Translations under genes and position numbers: made by a program
Notes under the pieces: model-generated
The model's database searches: none
Told to the model about the DNA's origin: nothing
What the model saw: the letters and a program-made list of their open reading frames with translations, nothing else
Shown here: positions 11,677-25,304 of the stretch, one piece after another
Layout of the letters: every line of letters begins with the position of its first letter
Position numbering within the stretch: the first letter of the stretch is position 1
NCBI GenBank assembly: GCA_047495785.1
Contig: JBLDXI010000010.1
Coordinates: 806,001-870,000, forward strand
DNA: 64,000 bases
Reading direction: 5' to 3'
Source: Lepidodermella squamata
Taxonomy: Eukaryota > Animalia > Gastrotricha

Positions 11677-12605
11677 GGCTCGTGTTTGATAAGATCAAAA
11701 TTGAAGTTAACTTGAAGTTAGCTGGGAAAGATTAACAATGATGCCAGCATTTTAGGCTTGTTTTGCACCGAAATTCTCTAAGCTAACAGCAAGCCGGCGC
11801 TAATCACGGCAGCTGAAACTACGATAGCGAACCTTTCCGAATATTGTTGAATCTTTTTCTAATTATTGTGTTGTCAATTGTTAAGCACATCCATCACCGG
11901 CGCTTCGCGAGTGAACAACATTGCAGCTGAATCGAAGGGCGTTGTAGCCGTCAGATAATATGTAAAATATGTGCAAATACACCGAGGCATAGTAGTATCT
12001 ACCGAATGTCAGGGCTCCATTGAAAAGCATACTCCATTGAAATAGGCTTGGGGTTATATTTTTTTAAGGAGCCATAACGCCCTGAAGAGGAAAGCTCAGA
12101 CAAGTGATCCATGGAAGACAACAACAACATTGAAAATCAAGATAGCATAAATAGAAGACTGATCGGGATCAGTATAGTAAACAAAAGCAGATGGAATTTT
12201 TCATTTTACTCACTCTTGAAATATTATTCTGACTTATCAGCATTCAGCTGTATTAGCACTTATGGTTTTTCAAAGGCTGCTGAGTTACTATTATACCCTC
12301 CGGAAGTGAACCGTCCTTGTATTGGCTTGGATATTCTTGGTCTCTTTTTTAAATTCTTTCGTTTGGCGTTTGCTCTAATTTCTCTGTCTTGGGGAACAAA
12401 TGAACTAATATTTAATGGGATGCTAAATTAGGTTGAAGCGCACCTTACAATTCGTACAAAATCCTACAGACGAGGGTGCACCTAATATGCGCATGAGGTC
12501 AGACGGAGAAGGGGCTGAAACCTGAAACGATTGGTCTTCATCTTGATAACGATTCATCTCAAAAATTGCATCGGAAATATTTTACTTTCATTAAAACGAA
12601 GGGCA

Positions 12606-13557
12606 ATGCTAATCCGCATGGATCTGATATTTTTTATGCTTATATATCAAATGCGTTTCTCTCCAGAAACTAACTTTCAGAAGCCCAATGCCAAGTTCGA
12701 TATCGCAATCAGCTGATTCAAAATTATCGATGGCAGATAGACGTATCCATCTAACTCTTTCAACGTCCATAAACTATAGTGGTGGGTTAACGATATCTTT
12801 AGGGCCACTTTGCACCGAATCCATGCAATTTGCGCTGGTGAAAATTCGAATCAAATCAGCTGTTGAACAACTATGATTTGAAATTGACCTTGTTCGATGA
12901 TCAGGTAAACATCGCCTTGCTAGGAATTTTTCTATGAATTGCTTATCTCTACTTATAACAGTCGCAAACGTTCCCCGTAATCCGTTATGTAACATCCAAG
13001 TTACGCGAGCTGGAAACTGACAGCAATGTTACGGAGAACGTCATGCCGCTAATTTTGGGAAACAGCGGTAAGCTGTATACAGGACAATACCTGCAGTACT
13101 TCAACTTCTTCACGATCAACCACGGGCAAACAGTACACGTGTCCCGAATTTTGCACCAATATTTGGCGTATAGCTTCTATGATTATGAGTGCACCATGGG
13201 GCATTTTTCTTTGGCGGGTGATTTCCAAGACCACAACTTGATTTTGCTGTTTTTCGGAATTCCGAACTTTATCTAATGCTGGCCGTGTTAGCTTTGTCTC
13301 TAACACTTCAAAAGGTGGGTTTAATCCATTATTTGTCAGTGAGATATTGCTTCTTTGTTTCCACCTAGGCTGGAGTTGCTCTCTTACGCCAATCAACCAA
13401 TGGTACGATACTAATAATTGTCGCGGCATGCGCCATAGGGCTGATATTTGCGAATAATGGAAGAAGTCTCCAGATATTGGTATCAACCTCGTGCTTGGCT
13501 ATCGCAGCCTGCAATTTGTCGACTCAATTCGTGTATATTACGAAACTTAACTTCTAA
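12606..13557 (+). pseudogene. GABA-B-like GPCR copy 2, pseudogene
   Basis: Exon 1 has +4 and -2 indels. A ~1.7-kb internal deletion fuses exon 2 (HVSRILH) to late exon 4 (LAYSFYDYE) at ~13156-13162. Exon 5 and its stop are retained. Closest to copy 5. Confidence 0.9.
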
Positions 13558-13941
13558 AACTACACGTACCTAATCACGCACAGGGTGCGAAGTACAGGGG
13601 TGCTAGGGTGTCGCGAAATCGGTTTCCTCGGCTGGGTGCTGGGTCCTGGAAAACAAGTAGAAAAAACACCTCAGCTCCTGGATCCTACTTCGCACACTGA
13701 TCGCTCATATCGATCCGGCCCAAACTAATTCGAAGATATAAAATTGTGATTAATAGATCGTATCTAGCGTTGTAAAACCGCTAACTAAAACGGACAATTC
13801 TCTCATTCTTGTCGATTTTTTTTCGGACTGTCGAATCTGAATCTCAAGTACAAAAAAAACAGTTGTTCCTTCACTACACCGGATGTTTTTGTGCAACGCT
13901 AACAAGATGGTAATAGTAAGATTACAGTATTGAGCTTAATT

Positions 13942-14698
13942 TCATTTGGAAACATTTGGCAAAAGCAGTTTAATCTGCTGGGTTGGTTCCCGCTGCTGCG
14001 TAAAGTTATTCTGGAACTCTTGAACGAGCGGGTTGGCTAGCACATGGAAGTTGGGCCATCTGGTTGGCATCTCCTGCATGAGCGATCGGAAAAGATTGTC
14101 GCCGCTTCGAAAGACAGACACCAAATTCTGCATTTTTGAATACCGAGTTTGGGAAGTCGTTTGGGAAGTTCTAAGCCCGGGTTAGTATTTCACTAAATAC
14201 GGTATTTTGCACAGTCACAAACATTCCCCGCAATCCGTTATGTAACGACCAAGTTACGTGAGCTGAAAACTGACAGCAATGTTACAACGCCTCGTGCGAG
14301 CGAAGAAATATCCGCAGTCGCCACACGCGACGGCCCCATAGTAAAAGCCATCATCACCTGGGAAAACAAATAAGGCCTATTTGATTGTAAAAGATTTGAC
14401 CACCCGCTTAATTATGTAAAATTATGTAATAGTTGTCTTAGAGTGTACCAACAAAATTCCATTCCATTGTTACGATGACTATTATTAATTCTATCAGCCT
14501 TCTCCTATAGGTTTGGAATGTAATCTTCCTTACTGGGCGCTGGGCGCACTGCAAACAGCGCAAGGAATTCAGGCGAAAACATCGTCGATCGAGCTCCCCG
14601 TCCTCGAGACAATCGAGCTTCCCGGCTTTGTGAATGCCCTGTCATGCAACCTCGGCTGCCGCTTCGCTTGCGGTGACCGGCGCGATGTTGACGAGAAA
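13942..14698 (-). pseudogene. Fragmented duplicate of the two-DBD nuclear receptor (last exon 13942-~14150; DBD2/intron 1/exon 1 part ~14289-14698)
   Basis: Near-identical to 31221-31430 (MQNLV..PLVQEFQNN..) and similar to ~34033-34420. The middle of the gene is missing, and a 71-nt GPCR exon-2 fragment sits at 14215-14285. Confidence 0.85.
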
Positions 14699-15246
14699 GA
14701 TATGCGTCAGTGATAAAATACTACATCCCGTTTCAAACTTAGCATCAATCAGATTTTTGCGCCACCTATCATACCGGACATTTGCTTATCTTTGAGCCGG
14801 AATTTTGGCGTCTTACTTAATTTCTTATTTATGATTTCAAAGCTCATTTTTCTAAACCGAATATCAACTTCTTCTTGGCTATCATTCCAGCTAATTTCAT
14901 CTGGCAAAACTGAGCTAAAGTTTAATTATTTCTAAATTAGGTGCAGCTTCCAATACTTAGAGGTAGATGGATAGTTTAGTCTCCCCTCGCCATTTGCCGT
15001 TAATGTCTCAGGAAATCAAGCCATCTCAACACCGCAAGTTATCAGAACTAATATTTAATGAAAGGCATGTTTAATTAGGTAAAAGCACAACTATTTCCCC
15101 TTCAATCGCTGGATAGCAAATACATGCGAGCTATACGTAGGGAGCAGGCAATCTGAAACTTTTCTTTATAATTACCGTAGGTTTTAAAAAGGGCTCACGT
15201 TCAAGATCGCATTCTCAAAGATTTCGAATAAATTGGGTGGAAGGAA

Positions 15247-18132
15247 ATGCTAACCAGCATCTATCCGATTCTCATATTGTTAATTCAATGCATCTACTCC
15301 CAAAAACTTGCTTTCAGGAGCTCGATGCCGAGTCTGGTTTCACTATCGGCTAACTCGACGGCAGAGAGACGAATCCCACTGACCATTACAACATCAATAA
15401 ACTACAGCGGTGGACTAACGTTATCTCTGGGTCCACTTTGCACCGAATCAATGCGATACGCGCTGGAGAAAATTCGAAAATCGAATCAACTGCTGGAAAG
15501 CTATGATTTGAAGTTGACGCTATTCGATGATCAGGTAAGAACACTATTATTATATAGGTCAGTTTGACGTTTTAACTAACAATTAACATGAAACAAATTT
15601 TCTTGATATCGCCGAACACTCATATTAACTATCAACTATCAACTACAAAAAGTACACAAAATTAACCGCGGCCACTGAGCCCCTCCGTAACTGTCCTTCG
15701 CTAAAATTAGGCGGAACTTGATTGTTCCATAGGTTGTCGGATGAAATGTTACATGTCAAGCTAATCGGGAATCTCTATGAGCAGTCAATGAAATCTGTTT
15801 CGTTATTTATAATTCAATCAATCCTCAGCTACAAAAACTTTATTATGCCAGGCACTGACATACCGCGGAATCAGTTATGTTACAAGCAAGCTGCGAGAAC
15901 TGGAAAACAGCTACGATTCAACAGAAAACGTTATGCCGCTGGTATTGGGAAACAATGGAAAGCTGTACACTGGGCAATACTTGCAGTACTTCAACTTCTT
16001 CACGATCAACCACGGGCAAACAGTTCACGTTTCTCGAATTTTGCATATCGACAGAGACTCACTTCCATCTTCAATCCACTTGTTCATTCCCCACGAATAC
16101 GTTTATCCGTCAGTGGCAGAATTCATACTGAAGATGAATTGGCGAAAGTTGGCGATTCTATCGACCGATAACATCTATTGGAACCGGGTAATTAAATTCC
16201 AGAATTATTGCTATACAAAATTGCTCTAATTTCAGTGGGACTTGGCTTTGATCAAAGAAATGTTTGCAAGAAATATCACTATTCTTGGGAACGTTCGAAT
16301 AACGATAGCACTTGGCGCTACTAACCCATCTTCGATTGATATAGAAAATACAGTTCTTGAGTTGATCGCATTCAAGGAAGCTAGAGTCTTTGTGATTCAC
16401 GTGACTGTTGCCGTGGAAACATCTTGCTTTCTATACAAATACGGCCTGTACGGACCAGGGTACGTTTTCCTAATGCCGGCATTCGGCATTTTCAACGTTG
16501 ATTCACCAATACCATACGCATGGTGCACGAGTGAGATGATAGCAACGGTTCTTGAGAGCGTTCTCTTTTTCGGGCAAATGCCGCTTAGCGAAATTCGAGG
16601 CCCTGAAAATGTCAGAGCATCGGATGGAACGAGTGGTGCCGAGCTGGATGCCTATCTACGCAGTAGAATCGAAGCCCCGGAAAATATCCCATCGTGGTGG
16701 CTTCGTACCACTTGCTACGATATGATGCTGTTCGCTGCCTACGTGCTCAACGATACTGAATCTAAACTTCAACGACAAAACCAAACGTTAAGCGACTGGG
16801 CAGTTGGTGGCGCGAATTTTCGGAACAACGGGTCCCACCTATTTTCTTTGGTGAAAGACAGCATTTTCACCGTCGAGATGCAGGGCTTCATTAGTAAGCT
16901 AAAGTTCGACCTGGCAACTGGTTTCAACTGGGCTGGCAACTACTATCTGGCAATAACTCAGCTTCAAAGAATCAAAGGTGATGGAACATCGCAGACAGAT
17001 TCTTCGAGGATGGTTCCGATATTTGGCGCCTTAATGAATGCGAGCGATGGATCTGTAAAATTCGGTCCTGGTAAGCTCTCATGGAAAACATCTGACGGCC
17101 AGGCACCTCGCGATGGAATGCTAGTAGTTGAATCGAAGTGGGCTAATCCCGTCTTAACGTTTTCGCTTATAGCCGGTGAGTCATAATAGCATATATATTC
17201 ATAATGAATGACACTTTTATTCAGCTATTTCGGCATTGGTAATGCTCTTAGTTCTACTTTTATTGATTCTATCATCAATGGGCAAGTTGAGCTTTGCTGG
17301 CGGGTTCAATCAATGGAGCTATCGGCTGCTTCTTGTTGGGGATGTGTTTTTGGCGTGTCAGCCGTTGATAATGGGGCTTGAAAATGATAGCACCATTCAT
17401 GTTCGCTGCATGACATCCTATTTCTTCATAAACATGGGAATTTCCATAATTTTAGCGCAGCATGTGGCCAAGCTATGGTTTAACTACACATCTCTCAAAT
17501 CACCCGTTCAAAAACAAAAAAGGAAGTCTACAGTTACAGCTTCTCAAGCAATGTTAGCAAGAACTAGCGGATCACAACGCGCTCAGGAGGCGAAGATTCC
17601 CGCCAATGAAGCGGCTGGCTTTATTATTGCGTATGTGCTGTTGAACTGCGCGCTCTTCATGATTTGGTTAACGGCGGAACCGTTGGTTACCATGAAAAAT
17701 GTCGTTAGTTTTGAACTATCAAAGACTGACATAAGTTTGGCGTATAGCTTTTATGAATATGAATGCACGCTGGGAAACTTCCCCTTGGCGGGTGATTTCC
17801 AATACCACAACTTGATGCTGCTCTTCATCGGGATTCCGAACGCTATTCTGATGTTGACAGCATTAGCCCTGTCTTTATTGCTTGAAAATGTGAGTTCTTT
17901 CTATTCTTTGTCATTAAAGTGTAACTTTTTGGTTTCGTATTAGGCTGGAATTGCTCTATTGCGCCAATCGACCAACGCAACAATACTCATATTAGTAGCA
18001 TCATGCGCTATAGGGCTGATATTCTCAAATGATTGGAGAAGTCTTCAGACATTGGTGTCTTCTTCATGCTTGGCCATCGCATGCTGCAATTTGCTGACTC
18101 AATTCGTATTTGCTACGAAATCAAACTTCTGA
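15247..18132 (+). CDS. Class C GPCR, GABA-B-like (copy 3, intact); exons 15247-15534, 15852-16187, 16236-17175, 17225-17889, 17944-18132
   Basis: Same exon lengths as copy 1 (288/336/940/665/189), GT-AG junctions in frame, intron 1 expanded to 317 nt. Confidence 0.85.
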
Positions 18133-18831
18133 GAGTGTTCAAACGTACTAACTCCTATCTCGGGCAGAACGACTCGCCGAAAATAGAAAGAACAAATGGC
18201 GTAAAAAGATAGATCTGACACTATGTTTCTTTTATGTGCGCCGAAATGATGCTTCAAGAGTTTTGCTTTCTTGTCGGTCGGCCAATTTTTCACTTTTCAA
18301 GAGTTTTGTAAGAAGTACGGCCAAATCAACACATCTGACAAGTGATTCGGGGCTTCTATCAACCCAATTTCCCTCAACTGACCCGTCCTTTAATTTCGAC
18401 GGGAAAATTAGGGCATAGATGTCTTAATATATCTATGTCAAAATGTAAATATTTGCTAATTCCTTTGCATTTTTCCCTTTTAATATCGATGATTTTGCGC
18501 TATAAGGAGCCAATGAAAAAATTCCTATCCAGAGTACTACGCACTATACATAGTACTACGCACACATGTAGTAAGATATAGCCCATTGTATTCTGCGGGA
18601 AAAAAATATATGCACTGGACAAATAATGACCAACAAATATCTTCGATATTGCGGTCATTCTGAGGTATCTGCGCTGGGAATTCCGAGATAATCATGGCGG
18701 AAACGTTTCAGAAACTCATGGACTGAATCGTTCTTAGACAGCTCGAGTAAAACACAGTTCAAACTCTCAACAATAAGCTTGTTTTAATAATTTTGAAACG
18801 CTTTCAAGTAGTCATATCCTTTCAAGTAATG

Positions 18832-20717
18832 TTACGGCGGAGGTTTAGCGTCAATGCTGCAAGCAGTAGGTTTGTCTGCGTCTTCTTCGTAAGCCATTAT
18901 GACAGAGCGATAAGCTTCTGGAATGGTGCCTTTGTTGACCATTTCGATGAGATCCTTCTTAAGACTGGATTCGATCGGCAATCGCTTTTCGTATTTTTGA
19001 ACAAGTTGGAAAGGAAACAAAATGACGTCTTTGTTGTAGCGCTTGGCGACGAAAGTATGAAAAGCCAAGTCAAAAGTTTTCTTGGTTTGGAGATAATTAG
19101 GGTAGTCTTTCTCGTATCTGAACCAACATGGCTCCGACCATTTAACATCACTTTTCTGTTCGTCTTGCAAATACTGAGCGAACTTTGGTGACTTGTCAAA
19201 GCTGAAGAAGCTTGCAAATTGCATTTCAGTTATGCTGTATGGTTTCACTTTCAAGCGGTTTGGTGTTTCCTCGCCGAACACTTCGAGTCTCGAATCGGAG
19301 CCTTCCGCGACGCGGCCACGATTTCTCTCCATTCCTTTGAATAGCTGATGTTGACTCGTTTCTTAGCTTCCCTTTCAATAGTGGCATGCACGGAATCACA
19401 TTCCATTTGCGAGTGGCCCGGCTCGAAAAACTTGTGATCGATGACTTTGAGATTACCTTTGCAATTGGACAAGGCCGCGAATAAAGCGTTGACAATGTAC
19501 TGAGATTTGTTTTGGCTTCCAGTGCTGTCGCTCCATAGAATCAACTGCTCAACTTCGTCAGGAATCATTTCAGTGATGAATTTATAGAGACATGAACCAA
19601 CTTCATCCGTCCCACGACCCCCTTCTGTTTGATCCCACATGAAACAGTAGACATCTTTTGATGAAGTATCGTAGAAAGTCAGGTTTGAGGTGTGGAACTT
19701 TTTCTTGTACATTATCGAGCAGCAAGGGCTTTCGAGGATTGACTGCATATCAAACTGGATGCACAAGATCAATCCTTTCGACTGTTTTGCTAGAATTTTG
19801 TCAGCATTCTTGGCATCTCTTGCAGCGTCTCTGTTGGATTCGTGGTTTCGTTTCTCCACGATCACTTCATGGGTGAACAGTTCATCCGGCAAAGTCGCAA
19901 ATCGTGTGCATTTCTTGCAGGTGTCCTTCTTGGGATGACTGAAAGCGAGATTGGGAAAAGATCTCTTGAATATGGATCGGTAAGTAGCGTATTTGACGGG
20001 TTTCTCATCAGTACGCAGAGCCCAGTTTTGGTGTGCTATGCAGTACATTCGATGCATTTCCCTCAGATTGAGCGCGGACCCGAGATATTGCTTGCTAGTT
20101 TGACTTCTCGCATAATGACTGTCTAATCGCTCGAAAGAAGTGATGTGCTGATAAACAAATTTGTAAGAATTATCGCTGGTGGTATTCGGCGGCTTATGGC
20201 GACCGCGTTGATCTGGTATGATATAGAAGCCGTCTTCGACTTTTTTCTCAACAGTTGTGTTTATAAAAGCGCGAGTTTCATCGAGCGCCTTCAGAAAGAA
20301 AGACCTGCATACTTCGATTGAGTCCCTAGATTGTGAAGGCGAAGGGGTTGCCAAGTAGTTGCCTGGTAAGTAATAATCAAATCTTCGAGGACCATTCTCT
20401 CGTTTCTGTTTATAACTGACGTAACGGTTGATGAAAGCTCGTCTAGCGTCGATAGATGCTCGGGACCAGTAAGTGTTAAAGCATTGTTTGACTGAATTTT
20501 CATTGAATTTCAAGGAGCATTTACGCCAGCAACCATACTTGAAGTAAACAGGCTTGCGACCGGAATTAAACTTAGCGCTAACCCCTTTATCTGACTGACG
20601 GTAGGGTTTCCCGGAGTTGCGCTTGAGTTTTCTTTCCATCGCTTGTTTGGATGGGCGGTGTCTAGAATCCACTATCCTCGGAGGAAACTGTTTCAGCCAA
20701 TTGTCGTTATCAGTCAT
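18832..20717 (-). mobile_element. DNA transposon transposase, Sola-like, with a frameshift near 19250-19330
   Basis: Motifs IQFDMQ, CFMWDQTEGGRG, LWSDSTGSQNK and PGHSQMECDSVH plus PKKDTCKKC resemble Sola-type DDD transposases. The C-terminal part (KPYSITEM..) continues in another frame (ORF 18832..19332). Confidence 0.7.
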
Positions 20718-21116
20718 CAGCTCAAATCGTTAAAAATGAAACGTTGAATGCTTTAGTCCTAAATGTGATGACAAGCGTTATAAATTAAAATTTCAAGGAT
20801 AGAAAACAGGGGAATTGTCGAAAGCCGAATTGCCAATCTGAGAAGTTCTGTTCTTGATCTAAGGCTGTATGACCTCAGATTTACAGCTACCGATGAAGGA
20901 TTGCCCAACTAAGTAAAGATGGAAGTTAAAGTGGCCAGTAATCGGGAGTTTTAATATCATAACAAAGCGATAGGTTCACTTTGTATATTGCTGTGAAAGG
21001 TATTTATCAGCCAAAACATAAACCATAAATTCCAATAAATCGCGTTAGTTTTAACTGCAGCAGAAACTTGGAATGGGGTTATCCCAGTCGTATAAAAGCT
21101 GACCCTAGCACGTGAG

Positions 21117-21380
21117 TAGCATGTGATCGAGTGGCCTAGGCATCTCAAAATCACCGGGTTCAATCCCAAAAACCGCAACATCAATCATCTATGCATTGAA
21201 TGCGGCGTTTATCAAGCTGGGTTGACAGGAAGCGTAAAACCGCCAAGCAAATCCTCCCTTCTGGAATGGGCCGCCATTCACCGGTAATATATGGTAAAGA
21301 TGTGGCTACTCAGCGGGCAAAGCAATCATGGGAATAGTCGGCTCCTACGCATTGTGAAGATGACATGCGTCTGATACCAA
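21117..21380 (+). mobile_element. tRNA-derived SINE-like element (degenerate)
   Basis: A-box-like TGATCGAGTGG and B-box-like GGTTCAATCCC at tRNA-like spacing, followed by a non-tRNA body; no full cloverleaf. Confidence 0.45.
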
Positions 21381-21829
21381 CTGCTAAATTTTAAAAGGCA
21401 ATAAAGTTAATAAAGAGTACTTCTGGTTAGATCTAATTAAGAGACTGTTTGGATTGTTCGTAAGGCTTCGACCTTCGACCGTAAGTAGATTGTAGCAGGA
21501 TTCACACACGATCGATAAGTCCATAGTTTCCGACTAAGTAGCCTTCAAGTTCTAGGCGGAGTTTCAGCCCCAAACCGACAAAGTTGGCTTTCTATCTTTG
21601 ATCAGAAGTTGTGTTGTGTTTTGTAGGTGGTTGTTTGAGGAAAAGGGCGATAGTTTCAAATTATCCAGGGGCCCAAACCACATTATCAGCTTGATAAACG
21701 CCACACAACAGAAAATATTCGGCATAAGCAGAATTAAAGAGGCGTTATTAGGCTATCGAATGCCGCTTTCTGCAAGTCCGGACGATTTTACCTTGATTTA
21801 TGGCTAATTTTTTAGTCACCCAGACACCC

Positions 21830-22572
21830 GGCCGGAATTAGGGAGCGGGGTGCCCTAATTTCGGCCACCTCATCCAGGTACACTAATACCATAAGTTTGG
21901 TATCGTTAGATTTGTCTCAAAAAGCTGACTATAAAAACCGCCTTTGTTGCTTCACCTGTGAGCTTTTCCTTGACGACGTGATGCCTGAAACTCAAACTTG
22001 TTTTGACAGGTACAAGTTTGATAACTTGTTTTCTACCTAATAGCCTAACTGCGGTTGACTTTCTAAAATTCTGGAAAAATATCTAAAAAATCCCTTGCCT
22101 TCTGTAGAATGAGAGTATTGATTTTGTTTTCCCGAATTCAATTCCCCTAATTGACTGCTAATTTTTGGAATAAAACCCTCAAAAACCCTAAAATTGGCCC
22201 TCTGGATCTCTTCACCTGGGCGGTTTTAGATAGAATACTTTATACCAAAATGAAGCTGGCGTTTAGCTGGTAATTATTGAGGTGAAAGCAGTAAATTTTA
22301 AAGAGCCAGTTTCAGGTAAATTATACCTGCAAACTAGCGGTAACTGAGCACTCGAGAAGCGACATAAGCCCGCTCGCTCGCATTTAGAATTATTTTTTTG
22401 CGATCACGTGCTTGAAAAATCATGAAACAGATGGGCCCAACAATGCAAAGTTTTTGAATTGCGTGCAAATAAAACTGCTGCACAGCACTTCGTGTCCATA
22501 TTTCGGCCGGTGGCCGAAGTTAGGACGCAGCGGCCGAATTTAGGAAGTGGCCGAAATTAGGGCGGGGTCCTC
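21830..22572. repeat. Cluster of GGCCGAAATTAGG(G) motifs in both orientations; probable subterminal repeats and end of a DNA transposon
   Basis: Inverted pair at 21830-21868 and three tandem copies at 22511-22563, ending GGGGTCCTC|TATA. Confidence 0.5.
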
Positions 22573-22980
22573 TATATAGTAAATCTAACGCTTAGAGCAT
22601 AGTCGACTGGTCATTTTAAGACCAGGCTCGTCGCTGTGGCCGTCGTATCTTTGGCGTTATTCATCGCGCGGTAAAACTAGGTATGGGCATATTCTTAGTG
22701 TGGCCACTCTCACTTTTGACATTTTAACCGCAATTTTTAACCTCCCGCTTTTTGTGCGCAAATTATTCTGCGATCTCCATCTGCCGAATTTTACCAGGAA
22801 TCGAACGAGACTAAGAACGACTTGCTAGCTATCACGGTTGCGAAGTTATTGCGGGCACAAAGTCCAAACAAATCGGGATGAATCCTCCTTAAAACTTGAT
22901 AATTCCGACATTTCGCAGTGTTTGTGATTAATCTCGCGCCAGCCTGGATGAATGAATGTAAAGTGCTCTGAAGTCTTGTA

Positions 22981-24136
22981 CAGTGTAACCCCGATTCTCC
23001 GTCCCTCGATTTCCCGTCTTTTCGGATTTCCCGCCAGGTTTTTCGTGGAACCAGACGATGCCCATACAAAATATCGAAAAATGGCGGAGATTTCCCGTCA
23101 TTTATTTCCCGTCAATTTCGGATTCCCCGCCAGGTTTTTTGTGGAACCGCAGAAGCCACACAGGCTTATTTTACCTTGATTTTCCGTCAGCCTGACAGGG
23201 AATTTTTTTTACGTATAAGTATTATAACTATTATTATACATTCTGAATATATTTATTATCTGTCGGTTAATTTGTTAGTTTTAGTAGGCAAACTGGCGCG
23301 CGCTAATGATAAATGATTTACTAATACCACGAGTTAGGCTTAAGAAGACGATACGAAATTCTGAACGGTGAGAAATTTCTAGAAACAAATTAGATATTCG
23401 GATTCAGCGGGAAAAGTTAGGATAATGTGCCGATTTGCGCGCGATTATCTTTCAAAATGAGGGAGAAATGCGGAAGTAAAGATTAATTGATAAGTGAGTG
23501 CGCGCGACAGGTTGTGCGCCGACCGACACAACACGCGAAACCCAGTCGCGCACGCACGCACGCACGCACACTAAACGAAATTTAGACTTATTTCCGCCTA
23601 TTTTAAAACACCATCGCGCGCAAATTGGCAGAGTAGCTCAAATTTTCACGCGGAATCCGAATATCTAATTTGTTTCTTGATATTCATCGCCTTCATCAAC
23701 TTGTGTTTGCATGAAAAAGTTGAAAATTTTCCGGATTTCAATGTTTCTTGGCTTAAACTATATGTTATAAAAATACTTTTGACACTTACGCAACGCCGCT
23801 CCCGGCACCTACTCTGTCACGTGAAGCTAAGAGAGCGCAAAGAGAGGTGGATCACATTTTCTATCACAGCTGAGATCACAGCTGAGAATCGGTCTAATAA
23901 GATGATAACGGAGTCGCGCCGTATGATTTGGTAATAACGACAGACAATAAAAGCGTGAAAGTGTCCCTGTATACTTTCAATGGCTGTTTAGCGTGAAAAT
24001 TGCTCTAAAACCATCAAAAATTCGCTCAGAACTCTAAAAATACGGAAAAATACGGCTGAAATTATTTCCCGTCAATTCGGATTTCCCGCCAGGATTTTCT
24101 TGGAACCGTAAAAGACGGAGAATCGGGGTTACACTG
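22981..24136. mobile_element. pogo/Tigger-like MITE, 23-bp TIR, TA TSD
   Basis: TA|CAGTGTAACCCCGATTCTCCGTC ... GACGGAGAATCGGGGTTACACTG|TA, with internal repeats of ATTTCCCGTC..GGATTTCCCGCCAGG. Confidence 0.9.
23381..23677. repeat. Nested foldback element with central (GCAC)n
   Basis: AGAAACAAATTAGATATTCGGATTC at 23381 is the reverse complement of GAATCCGAATATCTAATTTGTTTCT ending at 23677. Confidence 0.7.
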
Positions 24137-25304
24137 TATTTAGTGAAAACTGCCGAAATCACAAGCAGCAAATGCAATTGGAAAGGATTTTTCTTGGGTT
24201 TCTCGGATATTCCCGAGATTTTCATGTTAAAAGGCGATATCTTGCTCCAAAAATGAATAAACGCAATGAATTATATGGTTCAATTGATTGCCGAAGGTCA
24301 CCCTGGCATTATTGACGGGAACAATCCGATAAGGCCCGGCTAAGTAACGTGAAATACCGATAATTACCGATTTATTTCCAATCGGATTTCTGTCGGTTTC
24401 CCTCAGTAAATTTTCTTTTCTCGGTAACGTCTTGAGAATAGATACTGCAGGCTATGATGCACGTTAAGGTGGGAGGAAAAATAGTTATTTGAAATTCATA
24501 AATAAGACATTCCGCGGCTAGGCGCATGCCATTTTGCTTGCCTCGGTGTCAATCTTATCACGGCCATCTCGCTAACAAATGTTCACATTTTTCCGCCAGC
24601 TAAAAATTACACTTCAGAATTAAACAATCCGGAAAATTCGTGAATGGAGAGATGATAATGTGCCGCAGGCCTCGCAACCTTGTTTTTGGCAATTTTCAGA
24701 CCGGTCGTAAAATATTTCATAGCCGGTCAAAATATCAGAATATTCGTGAATTGGGGCCGCACGTATCGCTGATTTTGACGGTAGTCCCCCAAACCCCCAA
24801 TTTGTGACAGCATCCACTGCTGACTTTTAGCACTTTTTCAGTTTCCTCGTGAAATGAATTCTCACTATTCGATGAATTGAAAGGGAAATAAAATAAAAAC
24901 AAAGAAAAAAAACCAATAAGTTTCTTTTTTGTTTATCGATTTGATCAATGAAAGAATAAATTAACAGGGAATATGGCACTCATCAACAGAGGTAATCTGA
25001 AACATCAGTTCGCGGATAAAGGTGCATAACTTCTTAAGCGCTTCCTGGCTCTTGGTATCAATGTTGGTGATTTGTCCAAGTTGTTTTACGGCACTTTAAT
25101 GGGCATCAAAAATCGGTGCAATTAGCGGACAGTTGCGCGCCATAAACGCTCGTAAATATAACGGCTCCTAATTATGCAGCTATCGATTTTTCGCTCGCGC
25201 GCACCCACACAGCCATATGCGCGCTATCACTAATATATGAAATCCACTATGCCCGCGAATTCAAATATTGCGCGTCAAGAACGATATATGGATTATTATG
25301 CTAG

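Noticed and set aside
18133-22572. Full-length autonomous transposon with matched TIRs around the Sola-like ORF
   Set aside because: A candidate end exists at 22572, but no matching opposite terminus or TSD was found.
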